This document shows, piece after piece, positions 33,123 to 45,519 of a stretch of DNA of 64,000 bases (the stretch's first letter is position 1; each line of letters begins with the position of its first letter). The stretch lies in contig DATAZI010000037.1 of NCBI GenBank assembly GCA_036272095.1, positions 9,823-73,822 of the forward strand, in the 5' to 3' direction. The stretch comes from Marmoricola sp. Its GTDB lineage: Bacteria > Actinomycetota > Actinomycetes > Propionibacteriales > Nocardioidaceae. The translations under genes and the position numbers were made by a program. Below the pieces are notes generated by a model. It searched no databases and was not told where the DNA came from. It was given only the letters and a program-made list of their open reading frames with translations.

Positions 33123-33958
33123 ATGTCCGTGCTCGACGACATCGTCGCCGGCGTGCGCGAGGACCTCGAGGTACGCCGGTCCCGCACCGCCGAGGCCGAC
33201 GTCCGGGCCCGGCTCGCCGATGCCGCCCCGGCACTCGACCCGCTGCCGGCGTTCCGGGCCCCCGGCCTCAGCGTGATCGCCGAGGTCAAGCGGCGCTCGC
33301 CGAGCAAGGGCGATCTCGCGGAGATCCCGGACCCGGCGGTGCTCGCCGGCGCCTATGCCGCGGGCGGCGCCGATGCGATCTCGGTGCTCACCGAGGAGCG
33401 CCGGTTCTCCGGGTCCCTGGCCGACCTCTACGCCGTCCGCGCAGCCGTGCGGACGCCGCTGCTTCGCAAGGACTTCATCGTCACCGAGTACCAGCTCCTC
33501 GAGGCCCGTGCGGCTGGCGCGGACCTGGCACTGCTGATCGTCGCGGCCCTCGACGACGCCGCGCTGGCCGACCTGCACGCCACTGCCCGCGGACTCGGCC
33601 TGACGGTGCTGGTCGAGGTGCACGAGGAGGCCGAGGTCGAGCGTGCGCTTGCGATCGGCACCGAGCTGCTCGGGGTGAACGCCCGCAACCTCAAGACGCT
33701 CGAGATCGACCCGGACGCGTTCGGCCGGCTGGCCGCGCAGGTGCCCGAGGGCATCGTCAAGGTCGCCGAGTCCGGGATCGCCGACGCCGACGCCGCCCGC
33801 CGCTACGCCGAGCTGGGTGCCGACGTGGTGCTGGTCGGCGAGGCGCTGGTCAGGGACGGCGACCCGAAGGCGGCGGTCGCACGGATGCGGGCGATCGGAC
33901 GGGATGCCACCGGCCAGGACGCCACGACCGGCGACTCAGCAGACGGGGGAGGCAGCAG

Positions 33959-33962
<4 letters not shown>
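33123..33962 (+). CDS. trpC: Indole-3-glycerol phosphate synthase
   Basis: [37 protein letters not shown]. Confidence 0.97.
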
Positions 33963-35226
<1,264 letters not shown>

Positions 35227-35230
<4 letters not shown>

Positions 35231-36021
35231 CCTCCGCGAGCGAGGCGTTCGCGAAGATCGGCGACCGGGCGGCCCTGGTCGGCTATCTGCCGGCCGGCTT
35301 CCCCGACGTCCCCGGCTCGATCACAGCGCTCAAGGTGATGGTCGACGCCGGTTGCGACATCATCGAGATCGGCCTGCCCTACAGCGATCCGGTGATGGAC
35401 GGCCCGACCATCCAGGCCGCCGCGCAGCAGGCGCTCGAGGGCGGCGTGCGCACGGCGGACGTGCTGCGCACCGTCGAGGCCGTCGCCGCGACCGGCACCC
35501 CGACGCTGATCATGACCTACTGGAATCCGGTGGAGCGGTGGGGCGTGGAGCGGTTCGCCGCAGATCTCGCCTCTGCTGGCGGTGCCGGCCTGATCACCCC
35601 GGACCTGACGCCGGACTCGGGTGCCGAGTGGATCGCTGCAGCCGACGCGCACGACCTGGACAAGGTCTTCCTGGTCGCACCGTCCTCGACCGACGAGCGA
35701 CTGGCCTTCACCACGGCTGCGTGCCGCGGCTTCGTCTACGCGACCGCCGTGATGGGCGTGACCGGCGCCCGGGCCAGCACCAGCGACCTCGCCGGCCCGC
35801 TGGTCGCCCGTGCCAAGACGACCACGGACCTGCCGATCGGCGTCGGCCTGGGCGTCTCCAACGGAGCCCAGGCAGCCGAGGTCGCGGCGTACGCCGATGC
35901 GGTGATCGTCGGATCGGCGTTCGTGCGCACGCTGCTCGACGCCGGCGCCGACGCCGCGGCCGGGCTGACCGCCCTGCGCGCCTTGACCGAGGACCTCGCG
36001 ACCGGTGTGGGACGCGCCTGA
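35227..36021 (+). CDS. trpA: Tryptophan synthase alpha subunit
   Basis: [43 protein letters not shown]. Confidence 0.98.
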
Positions 36022-36022
36022 C

Positions 36023-37036
36023 ATGATCACCCTCGTGATTCCTCACCTGGCAGCCCAGTTCATCCCGAGCCCGTCGCAAGGCGTCTGGCACATCGGCTCG
36101 ATCCCGCTGCGGGCCTACGCGTTCGCGATCATCCTGGGCGTCGTGGCGGCTGTCTGGCTGGGGGAGAAGCGCTGGGTCGCTCGCGGCGGCATCAAGGGCC
36201 AGGTCGGCGATGTCGCGCTCTGGGGCGTCCCGTTCGGCCTGGTCGGCGCCCGTGCGTACAGCGTTGCGACGGACTCGGACCGCTACTTCGGTCACGGCGT
36301 GTCCTGGTTCGAGCCTTTCGCCGTGTGGCACGGCGGGCTCGGCATCTGGGGCGCCATCGCCGGTGGCGTGCTCGGTGGTTTCATCGCCTGTCGTCAGTAC
36401 GGCATCAAGATGCGTCCGATGCTGGATGCCCTCGCTCCTGCATTGCTGCTCGCCCAGGCGATCGGCCGGTGGGGGAACTACTTCAACCAGGAGCTCTACG
36501 GCCGTCCGACCAAGTTGCCGTGGGGGCTCAAGATCGACCAGGCGCACTGGGCGCCGCCGTACGACGCGGCGCACCAACCGCCGACTGTGCACGCAGGGGG
36601 CGCGTACGCGACGTTCCACCCGACCTTCCTCTACGAGAGCATCTGGGACCTCGGCGCGATGGGGGTGGTGCTGTGGCTCGATCGTCGGCTCAAGCTCGGA
36701 TTCGGACGCTGTTTCGCCCTCTATGTCGCGGTCTACTGCGTAGGCCGAGGATGGATCGAATACCTCCGGATCGACTCGATCGAGCACCACATCTGGGGGC
36801 TGCGGCTCAACGACTGGACCGCGATCATCCTGTTCGTGCTGGCGCTGGGCTACTTCGTCATCGCAGGCCGCAAGCACCCGGCTCCGGACACCCGCGAGGA
36901 GGCCGTCTTCGCCGAAGGCCGCGAGCCGTCGCCCGAATCCGGCCAGGAGGCGCCCGGATCCGGACAACCTGATGCGGAGGCCGGCGAGGCCGTTCCCGCC
37001 GAATCCGCCCCTGATCCGGGCGAAACAACGCCCTGA
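36023..37036 (+). CDS. lgt: Prolipoprotein diacylglyceryl transferase
   Basis: IPSPSQ, PLRAY, W.GGLGIWG, QAIGRWGNYFNQELYG, HPTFLYES. Confidence 0.96.
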   Translation: MITLVIPHLAAQFIPSPSQGVWHIGSIPLRAYAFAIILGVVAAVWLGEKRWVARGGIKGQVGDVALWGVPFGLVGARAYSVATDSDRYFGHGVSWFEPFAVWHGGLGIWGAIAGGVLGGFIACRQYGIKMRPMLDALAPALLLAQAIGRWGNYFNQELYGRPTKLPWGLKIDQAHWAPPYDAAHQPPTVHAGGAYATFHPTFLYESIWDLGAMGVVLWLDRRLKLGFGRCFALYVAVYCVGRGWIEYLRIDSIEHHIWGLRLNDWTAIILFVLALGYFVIAGRKHPAPDTREEAVFAEGREPSPESGQEAPGSGQPDAEAGEAVPAESAPDPGETTP

Positions 37037-37234
37037 CCTGCGGCTCCGCAGTTTCGAGGGTGAGTTCTGAGTCACGCTCACCCGGTGAAACCGACGAGCG
37101 CAGATCGCGCCTGCTGTTGTAGTCTGATCCTTCTCCTGCGCGGGCCAGTGAAGTCCTGTGCAGCATGCTTCCACCGCCGCACGAGCCCGTCCCCGACAAG
37201 GGGCGAGCAGCGTGCGCACGACGACGACGGGAGA

Positions 37235-40200
37235 ATGCAGATGCACGCATTCCCGCCAGCCGCACCCGGAACTCCTACGGGCCCGTTCGGCCGACCGGCC
37301 CCCCAGGGCCTGTACGACGCACAGCACGAGCACGACGCCTGCGGTGTCGCGTTCGTTGCCACGCTGACCGGCGTACCGAGCCACTACATCGTCTCGCAGG
37401 CGCTGACGGCCCTGCGCAACCTCGAGCACCGCGGTGCCGCAGGTGCCGAGCCCAACTCGGGCGACGGCGCGGGCATCCTGCTCCAGGTCCCGGACCGCTT
37501 CTTCCGCGAGGTGACCGCCGGCCTCGGCTTCGAGCTCCCCGCGCAGCACGCGTACGCCGTCGGCACCGCGTTCCTGCCCGGAGACGCCGAGCACATCGAG
37601 AAGACCCGCAAGCGGATCGAGGAGATCGCCGCCGAGGAGGGCCTCACCGTCCTCGGATGGCGCGAGGTTCCCACCGACTCGTCCTCCCTGGGCGCCACCG
37701 CGCTGGCGACGATGCCGTCGTTCGCGCAGGTCTTCGTCGCGGCCACCGGCAGCCGGATCCTGGGCATGGGCCTCGAACGGCTCGCGTTCTGCCTGCGCAA
37801 GCGCGCCGAGCACGAGACCGACGTGTACTTCCCCTCGCTCTCGAGCCGGACCATCGCCTACAAGGGCATGCTGACCACCGACCAGCTCGACCACGTCTTC
37901 CCCGACCTCGTCGACGAGCGGGTCGAGTCGGCGGTCGCCGTCGTGCACTCGCGGTTCTCCACCAACACCTTCCCGAGCTGGCCGCTGAGCCACCCGTACC
38001 GGTTCATCGCGCACAACGGCGAGATCAACACCGTGATGGGCAACCGCAACTGGATGCGGGCGCGCGAGGCGCTGCTCTCCAGCGACGTCATCGGTGGCGA
38101 CCTCGAGCGCCTCTTCCCGATCTGCACGCCCGGCGCCAGCGACTCGGCCTCCTTCGACGAGGTCCTCGAGCTGCTGCACATGGGGGGCCGCAGCCTGCCG
38201 CACGCGGTGCTGATGATGATCCCCGAGGCGTGGGAGAACCACACCGAGATGGACGCCAAGCGCAAGGCGTTCTATGAGTTCCACTCGGCGCTGATGGAGC
38301 CGTGGGACGGGCCGGCGTGCGTGGTGTTCACCGACGGCACCCAGGTCGGCGCCGTGCTGGACCGCAACGGGCTGCGCCCGAGCCGCTACTGGGTCACCGA
38401 CGAAGGACTGGTCGTGCTGGCCAGCGAGGTCGGGGTCCTGGACCTCGACCCGGCAACGATCGTCCGCAAGGGCCGGCTCAAGCCGGGCCGGATGTTCCTC
38501 ATCGACACCGAGGAGCATCGGATCATCGAGGACGAGGAGGTCAAGTCGACCCTCGCCGCGGAGAACCCGTACGACGAGTGGCTGCACGCCGGCCTGATCA
38601 AGCTCTCCGACATCGCCGACCGCGAGCACGTGGTGCACAGCCATGCCTCGGTGACGCGGCGGCAGCAGATCTTCGGCTACACCGAGGAGGAGCTGCGGGT
38701 CCTGCTCACGCCGATGGCGAACAACCCGGCCGAGCCGATCGGCTCGATGGGCACCGACACGCCCATCGCGATCCTCTCGGACCGCCCGCGGCTCCTGTTC
38801 GACTACTTCGCGCAGCTGTTCGCGCAGGTGACGAACCCGCCTCTGGACGCGATCCGCGAGGAGCTGGTCACCAGCCTGAACGGCACCATCGGGCCCGAGG
38901 CCAACCTGCTCGAGCCCGGCCCGGCGTCGTGCCGCCAGGTGGTCCTGAACTTCCCGGTGATCACCAACGACGACCTGGTCAAGATCCGGCACATCAACCG
39001 TGACGGGGACATGCCCGGCTTCATCACCCACGTCTCCCGCGGCCTCTACGAGGTCGCCGGCGGCGGCCCGGCGCTGGTCGCCCGTCTGGACGCGATCTGC
39101 TCTGAGGTCTCCGAGGCGATCGCGGCCGGAGCGCGCATCATCGTGCTCTCGGACCGTCACAGCGACGCGGTCAACGCACCGATCCCGTCGCTGCTGATGA
39201 CCGCCGCGGTCCACCACCACCTGGTCCGGCAGAAGACCCGGACCCAGGTCGGCCTGGTGATCGAGGCCGGCGACGTCCGCGAGGTCCACCACGTCGCCAC
39301 GCTGATCGGGTACGGCGCAGCCGCGGTCAACCCGTACCTGGCGATGGAGAGCGTCGAGGACCTCGCCCGGGATGGCTTCTACGTCAAGGCCGAGCCCGAG
39401 CAGGCCGTGAAGAACCTGGTCAAGTCGCTCGGCAAGGGCGTCTTGAAGGTGATGTCCAAGATGGGCGTCTCGACGGTCGCCTCCTACACCGGGGCGCAGA
39501 TCTTCGAGGCACTCGGGCTTTCCGAGGAGCTGGTCGGCAAGTACTTCACCGGGACCACCTCCAAGCTCGGCGGCATCGGGCTGGACACCATCGCCGAGGA
39601 GGTCGCCATGCGGCACCGCGCGGCGTACCCGGTCGACGGCATCGCGCCGGCGCACCGCGACCTCGCGATCGGCGGCGAGTACCAGTGGCGCCGCGAAGGC
39701 GAGCTGCACCTGTTCAACCCCGAGACGGTCTTCCGGCTGCAGCACGCCACCCGCTCGGGCCGTTACGACGTCTTCAAGCAGTACACCGCCGCGGTCGACG
39801 AGCAGGCCGAGAAGCTGATGACGATGCGCGGGCTGTTCCGGTTCAAGGACGGCTCCCAGAGCGGTCGCGCTCCGATCAGCATCGACGAGGTCGAGCCTGT
39901 CAGCGCGATCGTGAAGCGGTTCTCCACCGGCGCGATGTCCTACGGGTCCATCTCCCAAGAGGCTCACGAGACCATGGCGATCGCCATGAACAGGCTCGGC
40001 GGGCGTTCCAATACCGGCGAGGGCGGCGAGGACGCCGAGCGCCTCTACGACCCCGAGCGGCGCAGCTCGATCAAGCAGGTCGCGTCCGGCCGCTTCGGTG
40101 TCACCTCGGAGTACCTGACCAACGCCGACGACATCCAGATCAAGATGGCCCAGGGGGCCAAGCCCGGCGAGGGCGGCCAACTGCCCGGCAACAAGGTCTA

Positions 40201-41824
40201 CCCGTGGGTGGCCAAGACCCGGCACAGCACCCCCGGCGTCGGCCTGATCAGCCCGCCACCGCACCACGACATCTACTCGATCGAAGACCTCGCCCAGCTG
40301 ATCCATGACCTGAAGAACGCGAACCCGGCTGCCCGGGTGCACGTCAAGCTGGTCGCCGAGGTCGGCGTCGGCACGGTCGCAGCCGGTGTGTCCAAGGCGC
40401 ACGCTGACGTGGTGCTGATCTCCGGCCACGACGGCGGGACGGGAGCCTCTCCGCTCACCTCGCTCAAGCACGCCGGCGGTCCCTGGGAGCTCGGCCTGGC
40501 CGAGACCCAGCAGACCCTGCTGCTCAACGGCCTGCGCGACCGGATCGTGGTGCAGACCGATGGCCAGCTCAAGACCGGCCGCGACGTCGTCGTCGCCGCG
40601 CTGCTCGGTGCCGAGGAGTTCGGTTTCGCGACCGCTCCACTGGTCGTCTCCGGCTGCATCCTGATGCGGGTCTGCCACCTCGACACCTGCCCGGTGGGCG
40701 TCGCGACGCAGAACCCGGTGCTGCGCGAGCGCTACTCCGGCAAGGCTGAGTACGTCGTGAACTTCTTCGAGTACATCGCCGAAGAGGTCCGCGAGATTCT
40801 TGCCGAGCTCGGCTTCCGCAGCGTCGAGGAGGCCGTCGGCCATGCCGAGATGCTCGACGCCGCGAAGGCGATCACGCACTGGAAGGCCGCCGGGCTCGAC
40901 ATCTCGCCGATCTTCCACGTGCCCGACCTGCCCGAGGGTGCCGCGCGGCACAACACCACCGGCCAGGACCACGGCCTGGACAAGGCCCTGGACAACGAGC
41001 TGATCGCGTTGTGCGAGCCGGCCCTGACCAGGGGCGAGCCGGTGCGCGCCCAGGTCGCGGTACGCAACGTGAACCGTACGGTTGGCACGATGCTCGGCCA
41101 CGAGGTCACCAAGCGCTACCGGGCCGAAGGGCTGCCCGAGGGCACCATCGACCTGACCCTGGTCGGCTCTGCCGGCCAGTCGTTCGGGGCCTTCCTGCCT
41201 CGTGGTGTGACCCTGCGGCTCGAGGGCGACGCCAACGACTACGTCGGCAAGGGCCTGTCCGGCGGACGGATCGTGGTCCGTCCCGACCGGGCCGCGACCT
41301 TCGACGCCTCCGAGCAGATCATCGCCGGCAACACCATCGGCTACGGCGCGACCTCGGGGGAGATCTTCCTGCGCGGCCAGGCGGGCGAGCGGTTCTGCGT
41401 CCGCAACTCCGGCGTCACTGCGGTCGTCGAGGGCGTGGGCGACCACGGCTGCGAGTACATGACCGGCGGCACCGTCGTCGTGCTCGGCGCGACCGGGCGC
41501 AACTTCGCCGCCGGCATGAGTGGCGGCACGGCGTACGTGCTGGACCTCGACCCGGCCCGCACCAACCGCGAGCTCGTCGACCTCGGGCCGGTCCCGGCGG
41601 ACGAGGCCGAGACCCTGCAGGCGATCGTGCGCAAGCACGCCGAGGAGACCGGGTCGAACATCGCCGCCGAGCTGCTCGCCGACTGGGAGGCCGGCCTGAG
41701 CCGGTTCACCGAGGTGATGCCGCGTGACTACCGCACCGTGATGGAGGCCAAGGCCAAGGCCGAGGCCGACGGGCTGCCCGAGGCCGAGGTTGCCAAGAAG
41801 ATGATGGAGAGTCTTCATGGGTGA
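37235..41824 (+). CDS. gltB: Glutamate synthase large subunit
   Basis: EHDACGV N-terminal nucleophile site, [33 protein letters not shown]; ATG 37235 or 37241 after GGGAG. Confidence 0.98.
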   Translation: MQMHAFPPAAPGTPTGPFGRPAPQGLYDAQHEHDACGVAFVATLTGVPSHYIVSQALTALRNLEHRGAAGAEPNSGDGAGILLQVPDRFFREVTAGLGFELPAQHAYAVGTAFLPGDAEHIEKTRKRIEEIAAEEGLTVLGWREVPTDSSSLGATALATMPSFAQVFVAATGSRILGMGLERLAFCLRKRAEHETDVYFPSLSSRTIAYKGMLTTDQLDHVFPDLVDERVESAVAVVHSRFSTNTFPSWPLSHPYRFIAHNGEINTVMGNRNWMRAREALLSSDVIGGDLERLFPICTPGASDSASFDEVLELLHMGGRSLPHAVLMMIPEAWENHTEMDAKRKAFYEFHSALMEPWDGPACVVFTDGTQVGAVLDRNGLRPSRYWVTDEGLVVLASEVGVLDLDPATIVRKGRLKPGRMFLIDTEEHRIIEDEEVKSTLAAENPYDEWLHAGLIKLSDIADREHVVHSHASVTRRQQIFGYTEEELRVLLTPMANNPAEPIGSMGTDTPIAILSDRPRLLFDYFAQLFAQVTNPPLDAIREELVTSLNGTIGPEANLLEPGPASCRQVVLNFPVITNDDLVKIRHINRDGDMPGFITHVSRGLYEVAGGGPALVARLDAICSEVSEAIAAGARIIVLSDRHSDAVNAPIPSLLMTAAVHHHLVRQKTRTQVGLVIEAGDVREVHHVATLIGYGAAAVNPYLAMESVEDLARDGFYVKAEPEQAVKNLVKSLGKGVLKVMSKMGVSTVASYTGAQIFEALGLSEELVGKYFTGTTSKLGGIGLDTIAEEVAMRHRAAYPVDGIAPAHRDLAIGGEYQWRREGELHLFNPETVFRLQHATRSGRYDVFKQYTAAVDEQAEKLMTMRGLFRFKDGSQSGRAPISIDEVEPVSAIVKRFSTGAMSYGSISQEAHETMAIAMNRLGGRSNTGEGGEDAERLYDPERRSSIKQVASGRFGVTSEYLTNADDIQIKMAQGAKPGEGGQLPGNKVYPWVAKTRHSTPGVGLISPPPHHDIYSIEDLAQLIHDLKNANPAARVHVKLVAEVGVGTVAAGVSKAHADVVLISGHDGGTGASPLTSLKHAGGPWELGLAETQQTLLLNGLRDRIVVQTDGQLKTGRDVVVAALLGAEEFGFATAPLVVSGCILMRVCHLDTCPVGVATQNPVLRERYSGKAEYVVNFFEYIAEEVREILAELGFRSVEEAVGHAEMLDAAKAITHWKAAGLDISPIFHVPDLPEGAARHNTTGQDHGLDKALDNELIALCEPALTRGEPVRAQVAVRNVNRTVGTMLGHEVTKRYRAEGLPEGTIDLTLVGSAGQSFGAFLPRGVTLRLEGDANDYVGKGLSGGRIVVRPDRAATFDASEQIIAGNTIGYGATSGEIFLRGQAGERFCVRNSGVTAVVEGVGDHGCEYMTGGTVVVLGATGRNFAAGMSGGTAYVLDLDPARTNRELVDLGPVPADEAETLQAIVRKHAEETGSNIAAELLADWEAGLSRFTEVMPRDYRTVMEAKAKAEADGLPEAEVAKKMMESLHG

Positions 41825-41900
41825 GGTTGCGAGTCCGGTGAAGACCATCAGCAGAGTCATGGCGCCGTTCGCGCCGACGAAGGAGGCGTCGCATGGCTGA
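41817..41900 (+). other. 27-aa bridging mini-ORF (MIRU-like intergenic unit) between gltB and gltD
   Basis: [27 protein letters not shown]; starts in ATGGGTGA (gltB stop) and ends in ATGGCTGA (gltD start). Confidence 0.7.
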
Positions 41901-43350
41901 CCCGAAGGGTTTCTTGAACAACGGCCGTGCCGTTGCCGACCGCCGGCCCGTCGAGGAGCGCGTCCAGGACTGGAACGAGGTCTACCCCGGTGGTCCCGGC
42001 CGCGCACTGCTGCCGATCATCCGGACGCAGGCCGCGCGCTGCATGGACTGCGGGATCCCGTTCTGCCACCAGGGCTGCCCACTGGGCAACATCATCCCGG
42101 AGTGGAACGACCTGGTCTATCGCGACGACTGGGACGCCGCGATCGAGCGGCTTCATGCGACCAACAACTTCCCGGAGTTCACCGGGCGGCTGTGCCCGGC
42201 ACCGTGCGAGACCGCCTGCGTGCTGGGCATCAACCAGGACCCGGTGACGATCAAGAACGTCGAGGTCTCGATCATCGAGCGCGCCTTCGAGTCCCACAAC
42301 GTGCGCCCGCAGCCGCCGGAGTGGCTCTCGGGCAAGACCGTCGCGGTCGTCGGCTCCGGCCCGGCCGGCCTCGCGGTCGCCCAGCAGCTGACCCGTGCCG
42401 GCCACACGGTCGCGGTCTACGAGCGAGCCGACAAGGTCGGCGGGTTGATGCGCTACGGCATCCCCGAGTTCAAGATGGAGAAGAAGGTCCTGGACCGGCG
42501 CCTGGAGCAGATGCGCCGTGAGGGCACCGTCTTCCGTGCCGGCGTCGATGTCGGCGGCGAGCTGACCGGCGAGGCGCTGCGCGAGCGGTACGACGCCGTC
42601 GTCCTGGCGATCGGCTCGACCGTCGCCCGCGACCTGCCGGCCCCCGGGCGCGAGCTCGGCGGGATCCACCAGGCCATGGAGTTCCTGCCGCAGGCCAACC
42701 GGGTCGCACTCGGCGAGACCGTCGAGGGCCAGATCAGCGCCGCCGGCAAGCACGTCGTCATCATCGGCGGCGGCGACACCGGCGCCGACTGCCTCGGTAC
42801 GTCGATCCGCCAGGGTGCCGCCTCGATCACCCAGCTCGAGATCATGGCGCAACCTGGCGAGGACCGCCCGAGCAACCAGCCGTGGCCGACGTACCCGATG
42901 ACGTTCCGGGTCTCCTCCGCACACGAGGAGGGCGGCGATCGTGTGTACGCCGTCTCGACTCAGAAGTTCGTCGGCGACGAGGCCGGCAACGTCACCGAGC
43001 TGCACCTGGTGGAGGTCGACGCGAAGTTCCAGCCGATCGAGGGGACCGAGCGGGTCATCCCGGCCGAGCTCGTGCTCCTCGCGATGGGCTTCGTCGGACC
43101 GCAGCAGCCGGGCGTCGTCGAGCAGCTCGGCGTAGAGCTCGACGAGCGCGGCAACATCGTCCGGGACAAGGCCTATGCGACCACGGTGCCGGGAGTCTTC
43201 GTCGCCGGCGACGCGGGCCGCGGCCAGTCGCTGATCGTCTGGGCGATCGCCGAGGGCCGTGCGGCGGCCGCAGCGGTGGACACCTTCCTCACCGGCGCGA
43301 CCACCCTGCCCGCCCCGATCCTGCCGACCGAGCGCCCCGTCACCGCCTAG
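41893..43350 (+). CDS. gltD: Glutamate synthase small subunit
   Basis: MADPKGF, RCMDCGIPFC, NNFPEFTGRLCPAPCE, GSGPAG, GGGDTG, GQSLIVWAI. Confidence 0.98.
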   Translation: MADPKGFLNNGRAVADRRPVEERVQDWNEVYPGGPGRALLPIIRTQAARCMDCGIPFCHQGCPLGNIIPEWNDLVYRDDWDAAIERLHATNNFPEFTGRLCPAPCETACVLGINQDPVTIKNVEVSIIERAFESHNVRPQPPEWLSGKTVAVVGSGPAGLAVAQQLTRAGHTVAVYERADKVGGLMRYGIPEFKMEKKVLDRRLEQMRREGTVFRAGVDVGGELTGEALRERYDAVVLAIGSTVARDLPAPGRELGGIHQAMEFLPQANRVALGETVEGQISAAGKHVVIIGGGDTGADCLGTSIRQGAASITQLEIMAQPGEDRPSNQPWPTYPMTFRVSSAHEEGGDRVYAVSTQKFVGDEAGNVTELHLVEVDAKFQPIEGTERVIPAELVLLAMGFVGPQQPGVVEQLGVELDERGNIVRDKAYATTVPGVFVAGDAGRGQSLIVWAIAEGRAAAAAVDTFLTGATTLPAPILPTERPVTA

Positions 43351-43520
43351 CCCGGCGGAGACGCGGAGGCCGGCATTTCACCGTGCCGTGGCGAGGCGTT
43401 TGGAACGTTCAAGGGCCGGAGCGGTAGATTCGAGAGGTGATCCACGCCTCGCTCGTCAACGTCGCCTCGCCCACTCGGTCTCGTCTCGCAAGCTCGACGG
43501 ACGCTCGGTAGGCACGCGCC

Positions 43521-44969
43521 GTGCGAAGAGCAAAGATCGTCTGCACACTCGGACCCGCTGTCTCCACCAAGGAGAGCATCCGCGCCCTGGTCGATGCCGG
43601 CATGGACGTTGCCCGGCTGAACCTGAGCCACGGCACCCACGCGGATCACGAGTCGGTCTACCGGATGGTCCGCGAGGCCTCGGACGAGAGCGGCCACTCG
43701 ATCGGGATCTTCGCCGACCTGCAGGGTCCCAAGATCCGGCTCGGCTGGTTCCGCGACGGCGGCGTCCGACTGCAGACCGGCCAGGCGTTCACGATCACCA
43801 CCCGCGAGATCTCTGGCGACAACGAGATCGCCAGCACCACCTACGAAGGCCTGCCTGGTGACGTCAAAGAGGGCGACCAGGTGCTCATCGACGACGGCAA
43901 GGTCCGGCTGCGGGTGACTGAGGTCGACGGCACCGAGGTGCACACCCGGGTCGAGGTGGGCGGCCGGATCAGCGACCACAAGGGGATCAACCTGCCCGGC
44001 GTACCGGTCAGCGTGCCGGCGCTCTCGGAGAAGGACATCGAGGACCTGCGCTGGGCGCTGCACCTGACGGTCGACTACATCGCGCTGTCGTTCGTCCGGT
44101 CGGCCAAGGACGTCGAGGACGTCCGCCAGATCATGCGCGAGGAGGGGATCATGCTTCCGGTGATCGCCAAGATCGAGAAGCCGCAGGCGATCGACAACCT
44201 CGACGAGGTGATCAAGGCGTTTGACGGCTTCATGGTCGCCCGTGGCGACCTCGGCGTCGAGTGCCCGCTGGAGGACGTGCCGTTCCTGCAGAAGCGCGTG
44301 GTCGCCAAGGCGCGCCGCAATGCCAAGCCGGTGATCGTGGCGACCCAGATGCTGGAGTCGATGATCTCCAACCCGGCGCCGACGCGCGCCGAGGCCTCCG
44401 ATGTCGCCAACGCCGTCCTCGATGGCGCCGACGCGGTGATGCTCTCGGGAGAGACCAGCGTGGGGGAGTACCCCATCGAGACGGTGCGCACCATGGCCCG
44501 GATCATCTCCTCGACCGAGGACCACGAGCTCGCCCGGATGGCGGCGATCGACTGGCAGCCGAAGACCCGCGGCGGTGTGATCGCCAAGGCGGCCGCCGAG
44601 GTGGCCGAGCGGGTCGGCGCGAAGTACCTCGTCGCCTTCACCCAGTCCGGCGACTCCGCCCGACGGCTCGCCCGCTACCGGGGCACCATCCCGGTGCTGG
44701 CGTTCACGCCGGAGGCGACGGTGCGCTCCCAGCTCTCGATGACCTGGGGGATCGAGACCTTCAAGACCGTCGAGGTCGAGCACACCGACCAGATGGTGCG
44801 TCAGGTCGACGAGCAGCTGCTCGCCGCCGGCCGGGTGGTCGAGGGCGACATCGTGGTGATCATCGCGGGCAGTCCTCCGGGCATCCCCGGGTCGACGAAC
44901 GCGCTGCGCATCCACCGGATGGGCGACGCGATCAACGAGGTCGCGCCGGCGTACCGGGGCCTGGCCTGA
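43521..44969 (+). CDS. pyk: Pyruvate kinase
   Basis: RAKIVCTLGP, RLNLSHG, DLQGPKIR, AKIEK, MVARGDLGVE, ATQMLESM, MLSGET. Confidence 0.98.
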   Translation: MRRAKIVCTLGPAVSTKESIRALVDAGMDVARLNLSHGTHADHESVYRMVREASDESGHSIGIFADLQGPKIRLGWFRDGGVRLQTGQAFTITTREISGDNEIASTTYEGLPGDVKEGDQVLIDDGKVRLRVTEVDGTEVHTRVEVGGRISDHKGINLPGVPVSVPALSEKDIEDLRWALHLTVDYIALSFVRSAKDVEDVRQIMREEGIMLPVIAKIEKPQAIDNLDEVIKAFDGFMVARGDLGVECPLEDVPFLQKRVVAKARRNAKPVIVATQMLESMISNPAPTRAEASDVANAVLDGADAVMLSGETSVGEYPIETVRTMARIISSTEDHELARMAAIDWQPKTRGGVIAKAAAEVAERVGAKYLVAFTQSGDSARRLARYRGTIPVLAFTPEATVRSQLSMTWGIETFKTVEVEHTDQMVRQVDEQLLAAGRVVEGDIVVIIAGSPPGIPGSTNALRIHRMGDAINEVAPAYRGLA

Positions 44970-45510
44970 GCCTGTCCAGCCACGCAGCGACCTCGCGAGG
45001 GCGCAGTCGTACGACGGGCAGCTCCGGCCGCTCGATCAGCACCTGAGCGATCCGTTCGGCTGCCCGGTGATGGGTCGACCACGACCACCGGATGATGTGC
45101 TCCCGGTCGTGCACGATGTGCCAGAGCGGGCCTTCTCGGTTGCCGTTCCACAACTCGGTACGCCGGAACCGGCGGCTCAGCGTCCTCCGGGTCACCCGGC
45201 GCAGGGCGGTCAGGCGCGGAGTGTCCAGCTGGACCAGCAGGTCGCACCGGGGCAGCAGGATCGGACGGGCGTCGGTGTACTGCCACTCGGTGATCCACCG
45301 CTCGCCATTCGCCAGGGTGGAGACGTCGTCGAGGAATTCAATCCTCGGCGTCCACCCCGGACCGTGGTACAGGCCGTCGAGCTCGACGTACGGGAGCCCG
45401 AGGTCCGCCGCGACCAGTCGGGCAAGCGTGCTCTTGCCGGCCCCGGAGCTCCCGGAGACGAGGACCCTGAGCAGCGGCCCTGGGAGCGGGTCCTCAGGTC
45501 CGAGCAGCAC
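44932..45510 (-). CDS. Adenylate kinase-like / FlaR-type P-loop protein
   Basis: RVLVSGSSGAGKSTLAR, ELDGLYHGPGW, WITEWQY, LWNGNRE. Confidence 0.85.
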   Translation of the reverse strand: MLLGPEDPLPGPLLRVLVSGSSGAGKSTLARLVAADLGLPYVELDGLYHGPGWTPRIEFLDDVSTLANGERWITEWQYTDARPILLPRCDLLVQLDTPRLTALRRVTRRTLSRRFRRTELWNGNREGPLWHIVHDREHIIRWSWSTHHRAAERIAQVLIERPELPVVRLRPREVAAWLDRLRPGPGTPARPR

Positions 45511-45519
45511 CGCACGATG

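Noticed and set aside
37060-37091. GlnR box upstream of gltB (GTCAC...GAAAC)
   Set aside because: Half-site spacing does not fit the 6-nt consensus; too weak to call
35708-42007. 2099-aa minus-strand ORF (and similar long antisense ORFs opposite hisD, leuA, the ABC genes and pyk)
   Set aside because: Shadow frames of well-conserved plus-strand genes; high GC suppresses stops; no recognisable motifs
43351-43480. gltD-pyk spacer as an ncRNA or a fourth copy of the 110-bp repeat
   Set aside because: Only a short imperfect GGCGAGGCG/CGCCTCGCC pairing; no convincing alignment to the repeat or to a known RNA family
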